This document shows positions 25,325 through 36,641 of a DNA stretch of 64,000 nt, piece after piece. Position numbers and translations under genes: made by a program. The number at the start of each line of letters is the position of its first letter. The first letter of the stretch is position 1. This DNA comes from Malacoraja senta (lineage: Eukaryota): NCBI GenBank assembly GCA_038087875.1, contig JAXLNO010000524.1, forward strand, positions 1-64,000. Reading direction: 5' to 3'. Below the pieces are notes generated by a model. The model was not told the DNA's origin. It ran no database searches and saw only the letters and a list, made by a program, of their open reading frames with translations.

Positions 25325-26080
25325 TCAAAACACATTGTCCTGCCAGGGTACACTGCCTCGCTCTGAGTTGTAGTAAGCACAGAGATGGTCCCTCATCTCC
25401 TTTGCTCTTCTGTTGCTGGTGTTTCCTTGCAATGACCCTAGTGCCATCATCGGTGATGCCGGTCTTGCAGCTCTCCATGAACCTGGTGTGACTTCACCTG
25501 TCTGTTTGTCCATCGTGTCACCCTCCACCAAGGCTGCAGACGCACCTCTGGTGAGGATCAGGTTATGGAGGACACATGCCGCGTAGACAATGGCCTGCAC
25601 ATACTCGGGCTCCTGCTCCATTGTTGTCAGCAGGCATCTGAATCTGCTAGCAAGGATACCAAAAGCATTCTCCACTACCCTCCTAGCCCTGGACAGCCTG
25701 TAATTGAAGATCCTTTGCTCCCTTGACACCCCCCTGTGAGGGTATGGCTTCATCATCCATGGCCTGAGTGCAAAGGCATCATCACCAACCAGTGCGTAGG
25801 GGATGTCAGGGTTGTCTTCTCCAGGCAGAGGTTCTGGGTCCGGAAGGCCTGCTCTCCCTTCTTCCAATGCTTGCCCAAGGGAGGTCTCTCTCCAGATCCC
25901 TCCATCTGCGGCACTGCCAGGTGTGCCCACATTCACAAACATGAAGTTGTAGTTTGCATCTACCACAGCTAACAGCACGATGGAATGGAACTTCTTGCAC
26001 GGATGACCTGCAACCATGATGGCTGCTGCTAAGAGAAGATTATGTTGGTGTAGCAGCAATGCAATGTCAATGTCTTCCAT
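25325..26080 (-). pseudogene. Harbinger (HARBI1-like, DDE_Tnp_4) transposase with a large in-frame internal deletion
   Basis: KKFHSIVLLAVVDA, GSAADGGIW, GDDAF, FNYRLSRARRVVENAFGIL, CVLHN are present. A ~25-aa N-terminus is joined almost directly to KKFHS, so the HTH region and the first catalytic D (IDG motif) are missing. Confidence 0.88.
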
Positions 26081-26446
26081 TGTGCAGTAGTTTACAGGTC
26101 CTAATCGAGTTTGCTGCAAGATTAAGAGAGAATAAGTGTGAATATTCCGAAAAAGTTTACGTGGGGAGAGTTGACAGGACTTTGTGGGCCAAAGGGCCTG
26201 TTCCTGTGTTATACTGTTCTATGTTCATGGTCTCTCTAAGAAAATGGTTCTCAGATTTACAAACTCCATGCAGACAACCACGAGTGACCACTGATTTATT
26301 TTTGTATATACATCATCCTATTGTTATTACTAACTTTGTTATTGCTGGTCTACAATTGTTAGACCCTAACCCCCTTTATAAAATTGACTTTTATAAAACA
26401 CATTTCTATAACACATGTTGTTTTAAGAACAAAAAATAGCCAGCGA

Positions 26447-27090
26447 CTTCTGTTTACCTGAAATAAAGATGGCGTCAGGCTCGAGCTTTCCAGACTCTGC
26501 TCCAAATGGCGTCAGGCTCGAGCTTGACTCCTCTCAAAATGGACGTCCCCCTCCCTCCTTCCCTCCAAATATGCTTATTTTCTTAAGAATGGAAACATGT
26601 TCTACTCAACTGATGAAGTAAAGATCTTTTGGGCAATTCTAAAGCTAACTATAAGGCCTGTCTCACGAGTCTGTGGTCATTTATAAAATAGACTTTTATA
26701 AAACACATTCCTTTACTTTTGTTTACCTGAAATAAAGATGGCGTCAGGCTCGAGCTTTCCAGACTCTGCTCCAAATGGCGTCAGGCTCGAGCTTGACTCC
26801 TCTCAAAATGGATGTCCCCCTCCCTCCTTCCCTCCAAATATGCTTATTTTCTTAAGAGTGGAAACATGTTCTACTCAACTGATGAAGTAAAGATCTTTTG
26901 GGCAATTCTAAAGCTAACTATAAGGCCTGTCTCACGAGTCTGTGGTCATTTATAAAATAGACTTTTATAAAACACATTCCTTTACTTTTTGTTTACCTGA
27001 AATAAAGATGGCGTCAGGCTCGAGCTTTCCAGACTCTGCTCCAAATGGCGTCAGGCTCGAGCTTGAAAAAAAATGGACGTCCCCCTCCCT
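26447..27090 (+). repeat. Tandem 269-bp units inside the Harbinger element; two carry an internal copy of the left TIR
   Basis: AAGGCCTGTCTCACGAGTCTGTGGTC at 26653 and 26922; GTTTACCTGAAATAAAGATGGCGTCAGGCTCGAG occurs three times. Confidence 0.92.
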
Positions 27091-28646
27091 CCGGTCAAAG
27101 TCCGGGATCGCATGCTCGTTCGACAGGCCGTGCGATGATCACCCAACGTACGTGCAACAAAAGCTTCTGGTAAATCAACATTTTTTTTAACCTACCGCAA
27201 GCACGTGGGACCCGCCCTATTTGATTCACTCGGCCCCCGCGCAGCATCCGCGCGATGCTCCGGTGGATAGGCTCGACGCTCTCGCCGTTGCCGCGCGGTC
27301 CTCGCTACCGTCTACACCGCGCTTCACCGCCGATGACCGCAAACAGGTAAGACAGAGCCTTTAGTCAGGTGCATGGATAGGACAGGTTTGGAGGGTTATG
27401 GACCAAACGCGGGCAGGTGAGACTAGTGTAGCTGGGACATGTTGGCCGGTGTGGGCAAAATGGGCCAAAGGGCCTGTTTCCTCTGTGACTCTATGACTCT
27501 AATCATTCACTCTATACGAAGACCATCTAGTTTGTTCCAAACAAGAATAATTAACACAGCATGAACTACTTCAGATAGGAATATATTTTGCCTACAGTAT
27601 GCACAATGACAAAGAATCTGCTACATACTATACTGCAGGATGTTAAATTTTAAACAGAGTTTCTCTAGTTCTGCTTTGAATTGATAATTCAAGCTAGATT
27701 GCTTGCTGTTTATTCATTGTCATTTTTATCTGTAATCTATAAAATGTGTCTGTTTTGTCCTTTCTTTCATTAAAACTATACAAATCATACACAAAGCTGA
27801 TAACATTTCTTTGGCAATTCCATTAATAACTCAATTAATCTCAATTTATTATGATAATTTATGGAAGCACAGAGAAGTATTAATTCACACAATGTGTTAA
27901 TATTCAGTTGTTATTATTATATTCCTAAAGTGTTTGTGCAAAATTGGGATTTATTTTATTTCCCACACTACTCCCAGTCAGAGAATCAGAGCAGCTTTAC
28001 AAGTATTTACAGTGAAATATAAACTATGTGTTTTCGGAAAGTGGAGAAAAGATGTTATTGTTTCATCCATTTTGAATTTGAAGCACATAAAAGAAATCAC
28101 GCTAATTTGAGATGGCTGACAGTCAATGGGGAAATACCAACCTTTAGCTGTAGGTTACTCTCTCTCTGTACTTGTTGAATGTGAATGTCTAAAGCAAGCT
28201 AAAAATCAGATACCGACGTATAAATAAATCTAGTGGTGCAGTACTGACGTTGCGGTGAGTGACCATTTGCACGTGATTAAGAAACCTCAACTTTGGAACC
28301 CAATAAATGTCCAATAGTCACTATAATTTTTCTTTACTATTAGTCTTCATTCATTGAATCAGTGGTCATAATTGAAATGGCGACATTTTAACAAAGAACA
28401 TTTTGAGGCATTTTCAAGACTTTATTAATCCATTTGTAAGAACAAACATGAATAAATAGCATTAATTCTGAGTGATTGGTAAAACATTATAATAAACAAC
28501 TATGTCTCCTATGAAAGACAAATGAAATTATAAAACAATAAAATGAGGTCGAAAGCGTAACAGGGTCTCTGTTTATATACCATGGGGGGGGATTGAGATG
28601 TGTTTGATGATTGTGTATTTTGGAGGTGCATGATTTATAATTATTA

Positions 28647-29710
28647 CTAGACTAAGTGGGACCCGTTGGGTCCCATGTTCACACAGGCGGGTTGGTCCCC
28701 CAACGCAATATTCCACCTCTCCACTAATTCAAATATTGGTGGTCAGTGGGGGGGGGGGGCTTTCTGGAGCACTACTATGGGTTGATGGGACTGGTTTCCA
28801 GGGGGCTAGTATGGACATTGTAGGCCAAATGGATTTGTGGGGTGTCAGCTCAGTCACTCAAGCCTGATGTGCTGGCAGCTCACTCACGGCTGGTGGGCGA
28901 GCAGTTGATTCACGGCTATTCCTTGAAATTCCATTTCAAGCAGGGTGCAAGGCCACCAAATTCAAGTGCAGTTTCTTACCACTTCAAGCAGGGTGCAAGG
29001 CCACCAAATTCAATTGCAGTTTCATACCACTTCAAGCAGGGTGCAAGGCCACCAAATTCAGGTGCAGTTTCTTACCACGTCAAGCAGGGTGCAAGGCCAC
29101 CAAATTCAAGTGCAGTTTCCTACCACTTCAAGCAGGGTGCAAGGCCACCAAATTCAAGTGCCGTTTCCGACCACTTCAAGCAGGTGCAGGGCCACCAAAT
29201 TCAAGTGCAGTTTCATACCATTTCATGCAAGATGCAAGGCCACCAAATTCAAATGCAGTTGCATACTATTTCATGCAGGGTGCAAGACCACCACATTCAA
29301 ATGCAGTTTCATACCATTTCAAGCAGGGTGAAACCACCATAAAACCACCATAAAACCACACAAAACACCACACTCACATATCAGTAGACATTCAGTGTGA
29401 TTCACAGCTCAGACAGAGTCGTGACCACTCCCTCCCCCACCTTGCAGAGACTGAGCCACACCCACACTTCCGGGTTTTATAATCCCTCCCCCCTCCCACT
29501 GGAAGGGGCATGGCTTTCATTGCGTGATTGACAGGAGAGAGATTCTCAACATGTTTTTAAAACACTAATACACTTTTATTTTTCATTGATGGGAAGAATC
29601 CTCTGCACCTGATGAGCGGAGGGGGACTGAGTAAGATGGCCAAAAATCCCAGCCGTAAGTGGTAGCGTTTTATCTAAAATCAATATACAGTGTAAACAGG
29701 AAGTTGTCCA
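28647..29710 (-). mobile_element. Non-autonomous Helitron; 3' end clear, 5' end not located
   Basis: Minus strand ends GGGACCC-AAC-GGGTCCC (hairpin) ACTTAGT CTAG|T, the canonical Helitron 3' terminus; no TSD seen. Confidence 0.7.
28935..29331. repeat. 48-bp minisatellite, ~8 copies
   Basis: Unit TTCAAGCAGGGTGCAAGGCCACCAAATTCAAGTGCAGTTTC(T/A)TACCAC. Confidence 0.95.
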
Positions 29711-29918
29711 GTTACCACCACCAACAACCATTTGCAGTGCAGCGTTTCAAAGCAGTTACCACCACCAACAACCATTTGCAGTGCAGCATTTCAAAGCAGT
29801 TACTACTACCAACAACCATTTGCAGTGCAGCATTTCAAAGCAGTTACCACCACCAACAACCATTTGCAGTGCAGCATTTCAAAGCAGTTACCACCACCAA
29901 CAACCATTTGCAGTGCAG
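29711..29918. repeat. 44-bp minisatellite, ~4.7 copies
   Basis: Unit GTTACCACCACCAACAACCATTTGCAGTGCAGCATTTCAAAGCA. Confidence 0.95.
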
Positions 29919-30223
29919 TGATCATCCCCAATCAGTACCCCGTTCCTGCCTTCTCCCCATATCCCCTGACTCCACTATCTTTAAGAGCCCTATCTCATTC
30001 TCTCTTAAAAGTATCCAGAGAACCAGCCTCCACCGCCCTCTGAGGCAGAGAATTCCACAGACTCCCAACTCTCTGTGAGAAAAAGTGTTTCCTCGTCTCC
30101 GTTCTAAATGGCTTACCCCTTATTCTTAAACTGTGGCCCCTGGTTCTGAGTTCCACCAACATCGGGAACATGTTTCCTGCCTCCAGCGTGTCCAAACCCT
30201 TAACAATCTTATATGTTTCAATA
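29919..30223 (-). mobile_element. CR1 fragment
   Basis: RTRGHSLRIRGKPFRTE..FFSQRV..WNSLPQRAVEA. Confidence 0.9.
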
Positions 30224-32267
30224 AATTGTTAAGGACAAAGACAAATTCTGCCAGGTCTTTGTTCTAGGAAGATTTGGAGGGCCCTTCGACCTTCCTTGTG
30301 CAGAAAGGAGGTTTAAAGGGACTGGACGTCCATGGTAAAAATGAGGCAATGATGGTATCCAGTACTTTATGGCTATTGTCAGTTCAATTCCTTGCACATT
30401 CACCTACAATGTGGTTATTAAGACAAAGTTCATCGTTTTTTTGTGCATCTTTAGCAAAAATCATGATCCAAATTGGAACTTCCTTGATTCACATAGTGAA
30501 TTGGAACTTTCTTGATTCACATAGTGCAGTTCCATAGCATGCAGGCTTCAGGGAACATTGTATTAAAATAAATGCAATTGTGGCTTTAACTTTAAAATAA
30601 TAACAAGTGAATCATTTTTCAGTAAAGGAAAATTGGAAATGTGTTGTCTTTTAAAAAATCTACAAAACAGTAAATTTCAAAGCTCACTACCGTCTATTAT
30701 CCCCTTTATTTACTGTGATTAAAATGGAAAAATAATAATTAAAGTGGACAAATAATAAAATTCTGATTTGTGAGGATTATAGCAAAAGTTCCAGACATCA
30801 CTATTCTAATAGAACATATCCATTAATATCTGTTTGCATTTGCCACTCAGTAACTTTCCAATTAACTAGAAACACAAATCAAGAGTAAAAAATCAATATT
30901 TGGAAAGTTGAAAGAAGAAAGAAATCTAAATTATTGTCACAAAGCAAAATAGTTTTTGCTAACCATTGAGTAGCTTTCTTGAAGAGAACACTATAGTGAA
31001 AGTAACATAGCTTATAATTTCTTTCATGGAAACATTGTGTTCTTTGATCAATCTTCTACAGCAGTAAATCTCAACTGTATATTGACCAAAGACCATGCAT
31101 TTTCATTATTATTAATGTGCACGAGTAAATGAAGTTAGCAATGAAATAAATATACACAAAAATTATATTTATATCTAAGATGGTTGTTAATGTTATTTGA
31201 CATGACAAGGCCACATCATAGTTAAGAGAGTTGTAAGATTTAAGGCTCACAGACCTGTTTGAGACCCAACATCATTGCAACTGTGGAATAGGATACTGTA
31301 CACAATTCTTAGCATCTCTACAATATTTGCTGTCAAATCCTCACACAAATTGGTGTTAAATGTATTATTTCCTTTAGGTAGGCTAAATATAAGGCATAAT
31401 TTAAACAATAATTCTGAGACAAACCCATTCTCGTGCATCTGAACCATCAGTGAAGAATTTCCTTAACAATGACTGAATTCCAAACAGATAAAGAATTTTC
31501 CTACCAGCATAAGATCACATGGTTAGAAATTAAAACATCTAACAATCAAGCTCAATTTAATAATATGCAATAGTAACTAGTAACCTCATCTCATCACGCA
31601 CCTTTATATGAAACTTCACTTTAATGCTTCAGTGCTGTTCCACATGGTAACAATTTTGTATTCTTACTCTTCCATGTTTAAAGAAATTCTTCTTACTATT
31701 TTTCTTTAATTGTCCTTCATTTATGTTACACTGAAGATGCTTATTCCACATTTATCCTGAGAATCAATAATCATTGTAAGGACCCCTATCTCTTTTTAAA
31801 CCAAAGAGAAAGCATCAGTTTTCAGTCTTTCTTTACAGTTACAGATCCTTGAATATAGGTACAAACTTGAAAACTCTTTGTTTTGGTTTTGCCTTGAATG
31901 CTTCAATATTGTTTAATGTGGAAATCCAAATGGCTCATGATTCTCTATGTACTTTCAGAAATACACTTTAGAGATTACTTTCCTCACTAATTTTTGTCAT
32001 TATTGGATTTAAGAGAAGCTAAGAATCAAGAGTGTTTAATTGCCAGATGTACTGACAAAGAAACAATGAAATTCTTACTTGCAGCAGCATAACAGGTTTG
32101 TAGCACAATGTGTGTAGATAATATCTAATTTAGTTTTCTGAAAACTCTTCTCCTTGAAACTAATTAAGGTCATAGATTCACTATTGATGACACCAGGCCA
32201 TTTTTCATGTCAGAAAAGAGGAAATTCTATTATTTTTGAGGAATTTTCTTCAAGGCAGCCAGCGTTT

Positions 32268-32402
32268 GTCATCAGTTTGAAGAAAGGACCTGACCCAAAA
32301 TGTTATCCATCCATTCCCTCCACAGATGCTAAGTGACGTGCTGAGTTCCTCCAGCAGTTTTTTTTTGCGCATGATTCCAGCAGATGGAGTTTCTTGTGTC
32401 TC
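32268..32402 (+). mobile_element. Degraded Penelope-like terminal repeat fragment
   Basis: TGAAGAAAGGACCTGACCCAAAATG..AGATGCT..GCTGAGTTCCTCCAGCA, similar to 35896-36010. Confidence 0.55.
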
Positions 32403-32489
32403 CTACTAGAATTCCTGTTCACTGCAATTCACACAATCTGGCCAATTACATATCACATCCTCTTCAGCATTCCAGGGACAAAGGGAAAT

Positions 32490-32740
32490 GAAGATCTGAG
32501 GGGTAACTTTTTCACACAAAGGGTGGTGGGTGTATGGAACAAGCTGCCAGAGGAGGTAGTTGAGGTTAGGACTATCCAAACGTTTAAGAAACAGTTAGAC
32601 AGGTACATGGATAGGAGAGGTTTAGAGGGATATGGACCAAGCACAGGCAGATGGGACTAATGTAGCTGGGACATGTTGGCTGGTGTGGGCAAGTTGGGTC
32701 AAAGGGCCTGTTTCCACACTGTATCATTCTATGACTCTAA
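32490..32740 (+). mobile_element. CR1 3' fragment
   Basis: LRGNFFTQRVVGVWNKLPEEVVE..LDRYMD followed by 3' UTR. Confidence 0.9.
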
Positions 32741-32931
32741 GAGGATATGGAATGTAATTGTATCTCCCCATATATTTTAAATCATATCCTTTGCTCCCAT
32801 CCTGTCTCTTTAACCTACTACTATGTTCTTCAAACTCAGTCCATCATTATGGTTTGAAACTCTTTGAAACGGTCCTATTTATCCTTTTTCCTAAAACCTT
32901 GATCATAGAACAGTGCATATGCATCTTATCC

Positions 32932-33205
32932 CAGGAGCAGAATTAGGCCATCGGACCATCAAGTCAGCTCCGCCATTCGATCATTGCTGATATTTTTTTT
33001 TCTCCCCTCAATCCCTTCTCCTGCCTCTCCCCATAACCTTGGACACTCTTACTAATCAAGAACCTATCAATCTCCGTTTTAAAAATACCCAATAACTTGG
33101 CCTCAACGGCTATTTGTGGCAATGTTCCACAGATTCACCACCTTCTGGCTTAAGAAATTCCTCCTCATCCCCAAACTAAATATGCCGTTTTATTCTGAAA
33201 CTGTG
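32932..33205 (-). mobile_element. CR1 3' fragment
   Basis: Reverse complement of a CR1 3' UTR and ORF2 end. Confidence 0.8.
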
Positions 33206-33459
33206 CTCTGTGGTCATCCTCTCCACATCCACATCAACTCACTTCCTCAATCATTGCCTTTGCAAGAGTCCAGTATACAGGAATCTTTCATTCCATAAAT
33301 TTAATTTCATGATCTGTATACAATGACAGTCAGCAGGTGACTTAATTTTAAACTGGAGTTACTGGAGCTTTTAAATTGAATTTCTTGGTGCTAACACTCA
33401 TTCTGCTACATCTGTTGTTTATTCTTTCCTGCATTGTTTCTTCCAGAATCAATACCAGT

Positions 33460-34195
33460 TCAAAGGTTTCAAAGGTCTTTTATTGTCACCTGTACCAATT
33501 AAGGTACAGTGATATGCGAATTTCCATACAGCCATTCGAGAAAAAAAGCAACAAGACACACAACTATATAAAAGTTAACATAACCATCCACCACAGCGGA
33601 TTCCCCAGGTTACTCACTGTGATGGAAGGCAAAAAAATCCAATCTGCTTACTCTTTATTCCCCCGCAGTCGAGGCAGTCAAACCATCCATCAGGCCGATC
33701 AAAGCTCCCACAGCCGGCGGTCAAAGCTTCTGCGTCAGAACGAGCGAAGCTCCTGCGCCGGGACGGTCGAAGCTCTTGTGACTTGGAATTCCCAAAATCG
33801 GTCTCGAACCATAGACTGCGAGCTCCGCAACGTTAAAGTCCGCAAGCCTCCCATGGTTACAGCTCCGAGGTCGATCCCTGGCAAAGGGATTGTGGGCTCT
33901 GTGATGTTAAGTCCGCAGGCGACCACGGCGGAGCTCTCAAAATCGGTCTCCAGCAAAGGCTGCCAACTCCTTCATGTTAGGCCACAGTGTGAAACAGAGA
34001 TATGATACAGAAAAAAATCGCATCTCTGTCGAGGTAAGAGATTAGAAATCGTTTCCCCCAACCCCTCACCCCCCACCCCCCACCCAAAACAAGCTAAAGA
34101 ACACTAAAAACATACATTTAACACACATTATTAAAACACAAAGAAGGAAAGGACAGACTGACTGTCGGCGAGGCAGCCATTGCTGGTGCCACCCT
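33460..34195 (-). mobile_element. Non-autonomous retroelement with a Rex1/Babar-like 3' tail
   Basis: Minus strand starts GGGTGGCACCAGCAATGGCTGCC and ends ..GTGACAATAAAAGACCTTTGAAACCTTTG; no recognisable coding domain. Family assignment is from memory. Confidence 0.55.
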
Positions 34196-34729
34196 GTGGT
34201 TCCTTTAGTTGTGAATATGGTATTCAATATATGTAGTTGTGTATGAAAAAAAACTTGCTTTGTACAATCAAAGAGTGTGTGAACAGTAGTCCCTCTCACT
34301 TGGCCTGGCACATGCTATGTTGAGATCACTTTCTTTGCTGTGGAAGCACCAAGTTCCAGGCCAACATTGTGCAGCCCAAGTGAATATTTGTTTATAAATG
34401 TCTGTGAGTGTTTGGCTGCTCGAGCCAGCACAATATGGGATAGTGCTGGGCAGGGTTCAAGTGTAACACACACAGCAGAGACTTTGCTTCGGCCCATAAA
34501 TAGAACATGCTATCTCATTGTTTGTTGAAGTATGGCTCCCTTTGGTTGCATGCTGCACAAATGTGCTTCTGCTGGGCACTATACTCATGAGCTATGACTC
34601 GATCACTTCCAGTTGGGAAGGAGCCAGTCAAATAAGTTCATTTATATAGTCACTGTGGCAGATATTGGCAATGTGGCTTGAGCACTGACTGATGATGGAG
34701 TCATGGCTACACAAAGACACAGGTTAAAG

Positions 34730-35015
34730 TGAGTTGAGTTTGGTTTATTGTCACATACTGAGGTACAGTGAAAAGCTTTTGTTGTGTGCTAACCAGTCAG
34801 CGGAAAGACAATACATGATTACAAATGAGCCATCTACAGTATACAGATACATGATTAAAGGAAATAATGTGAATAACATTTAATGCAAAATAAAGCCAAT
34901 AAAGTCTGATCAAAGATAGTTCGAGGGTTTCCAATGGGGTAGATAGTAGTTCAGGACTGCTCTCTAGTTGTTGGTAGGATAACAGCTGGGAAGAAACTGT
35001 CCCTGAATCTGGTGT
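34730..35015 (-). mobile_element. Rex1/Babar-like LINE 3' fragment
   Basis: Minus strand CAGATTCAGGGACAGTTTCTTCCCAGCTGTTATC (RFRDSFFPAVI) and GTGACAATAAAC tail. Confidence 0.7.
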
Positions 35016-35815
35016 GTGGCTGCAATATGTGGCTGCAAGATGGAAGTGGGAACCTCCTCCTTACTGATTCTTAGTTCACTGAGCTTTGCTGCAATTTCTC
35101 TACGAAACGTCAGGAAGGTTTGGTCTACCGCCAAGAGTCCTTCTCCTATTCTTCCTAAACTTCTTGGAACAAACTCTTTGTCCACAACATGCCACATCGC
35201 AAGTAAATGCTTACTTACACATTTAAGTCCATTAGTAATTGGTTTCTGCAAGATCTTGAAATCTCAAACAAGCTCCACTGCTGCCCATTGACCTTTACAA
35301 CTCGGGGAAACAGTGAAAACATCAAATGCTTGTAGAATCATAACAATAGCCAGAAGAAAATCAATCAGCAACCAACCTATAAGTAATTAATAATCCCTGT
35401 AAATAATTGAGAGCACTCCTTCCACTGCTTAATGCATGTGCAGTCTTCAAAGTTAAGAGAGGGCATTGGAAAACACACACATGAAAGCAGTGTTGCTGAC
35501 TGCCATGCTCTTGTGGTGTTTAAATTGCTGCTATGTATTATAACTTTGTGCCCACAAACTCTTATGATATTCTATTCTTTTTGCTGCTAAACAACAGCTG
35601 AATTACATGTCCGATATTACTACCTCAGAAATGTACCTACCTCACCTACCCTATTTCGACACCTTCACCATTTTGAACTCCTCTTTCATCTTTTCCATCT
35701 TCTTGTTTGGAAGAATGATCCCAGAACCTCCAGGTCTTCACTGAAATATGTTCTTTATCCTTGGAAATATATCTTTATTGTAACCTCTCCAAGGGACTCA
35801 CACCCATCTAATACT

Positions 35816-36026
35816 CCTTCCCCTCCCCTTCCCAGCTCTCCCACAGTCTACTGTCTCCGCCTCTTCCTTTCTCCTTCCCGCCCCCCACCCCCACATCAGT
35901 CTGAAGAAGGGTCTCGACCCAAAATGTCATCTATTCCTTCGCTCCATAGATGCTGCCTCACCCGCTGAGTTTCTCCAGCATTTTTGTTTACCTTCGATTT
36001 TTCCAGCATCTGCAGATCTTTCTTAA
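35816..36026 (+). mobile_element. Penelope-like element terminal repeat fragment with a decayed minimal hammerhead motif
   Basis: CTGAAGAAGGGTCTCGACCC(A)AAATGTC..AGATGCTGCCTCACCCGCTGAGTTTCTCCAGC. Confidence 0.7.
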
Positions 36027-36641
36027 ACACCCATCTATTACTGAATAATATTACCCAAACTGGACACAATACTCCAGTTATGCCCTAACTAAGATTAATA
36101 GTTATTAATTACTAACTATGTCATGAAGTTATAAGTGATAGGACATGGAATAGCATAGCACGGGAACAGGCCCTTAGGCCTGTAATGTCCCTGTCGAACA
36201 TGATGCCAAGTTAAACTAACCTCTTCTGCCTGCACGTGATCCATATCTCTCCATGCCTTGCATATCCATGATATTTTACTCTTAAAAGCAGCAGGGAATG
36301 TAATACATTATCAATTGCCTCAATGGCAACATATATTTTAATATTTTGAATCTGATAACTTTTTCCAATGAATTCCATATTTACAATGGGAGCATGCTGT
36401 GACTGACAAGAAATCTCTCAATGTTCAAACATCTTTCATAATTCATATGTTTGATCAAAACATTTCTGAGGATGGAGAAACCAGACACCCAAAGTTAGTA
36501 TTGTGAGGGATGACTCTTTGAATACATAATTATCTCAATTATTGATAGGGCAAATATGTCTATGACCATGATGGATGTGCTAATTGAAAAATTAAAATGG
36601 TCTGGAAGCTTTCTTGATCTCTGCCACAATAATGCAAAATA

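Larger units (their letters stand above)
22352..27360. mobile_element. PIF/Harbinger DNA transposon with TTA TSD, convergent MADF and transposase genes
   Basis: TTA|AAGGCCTGTCTCAC...GTAAGACAGAGCCT|TTA; encodes a MADF-domain protein and a DDE_Tnp_4-type transposase. Confidence 0.95.

Noticed and set aside
22352..27360. Possible RNA-guided nuclease (Fanzor/TnpB) cargo in the DNA transposon
   Set aside because: No RuvC or zinc-finger motifs seen; the second gene is explained as MADF.
29609..29640. CTGATGAG hammerhead-like core
   Set aside because: No stem II followed by GAAA.
28842..30078. Repetitive ORFs and a CRISPR-like regular array appearance
   Set aside because: Head-to-tail 48-bp and 44-bp minisatellites with no unique spacers and no cas genes, in a eukaryotic context.
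30218..30537. Short ORFs in unique sequence (also 34964-35291 and 3523-3708)
   Set aside because: No recognisable homology and no convincing paired splice sites.
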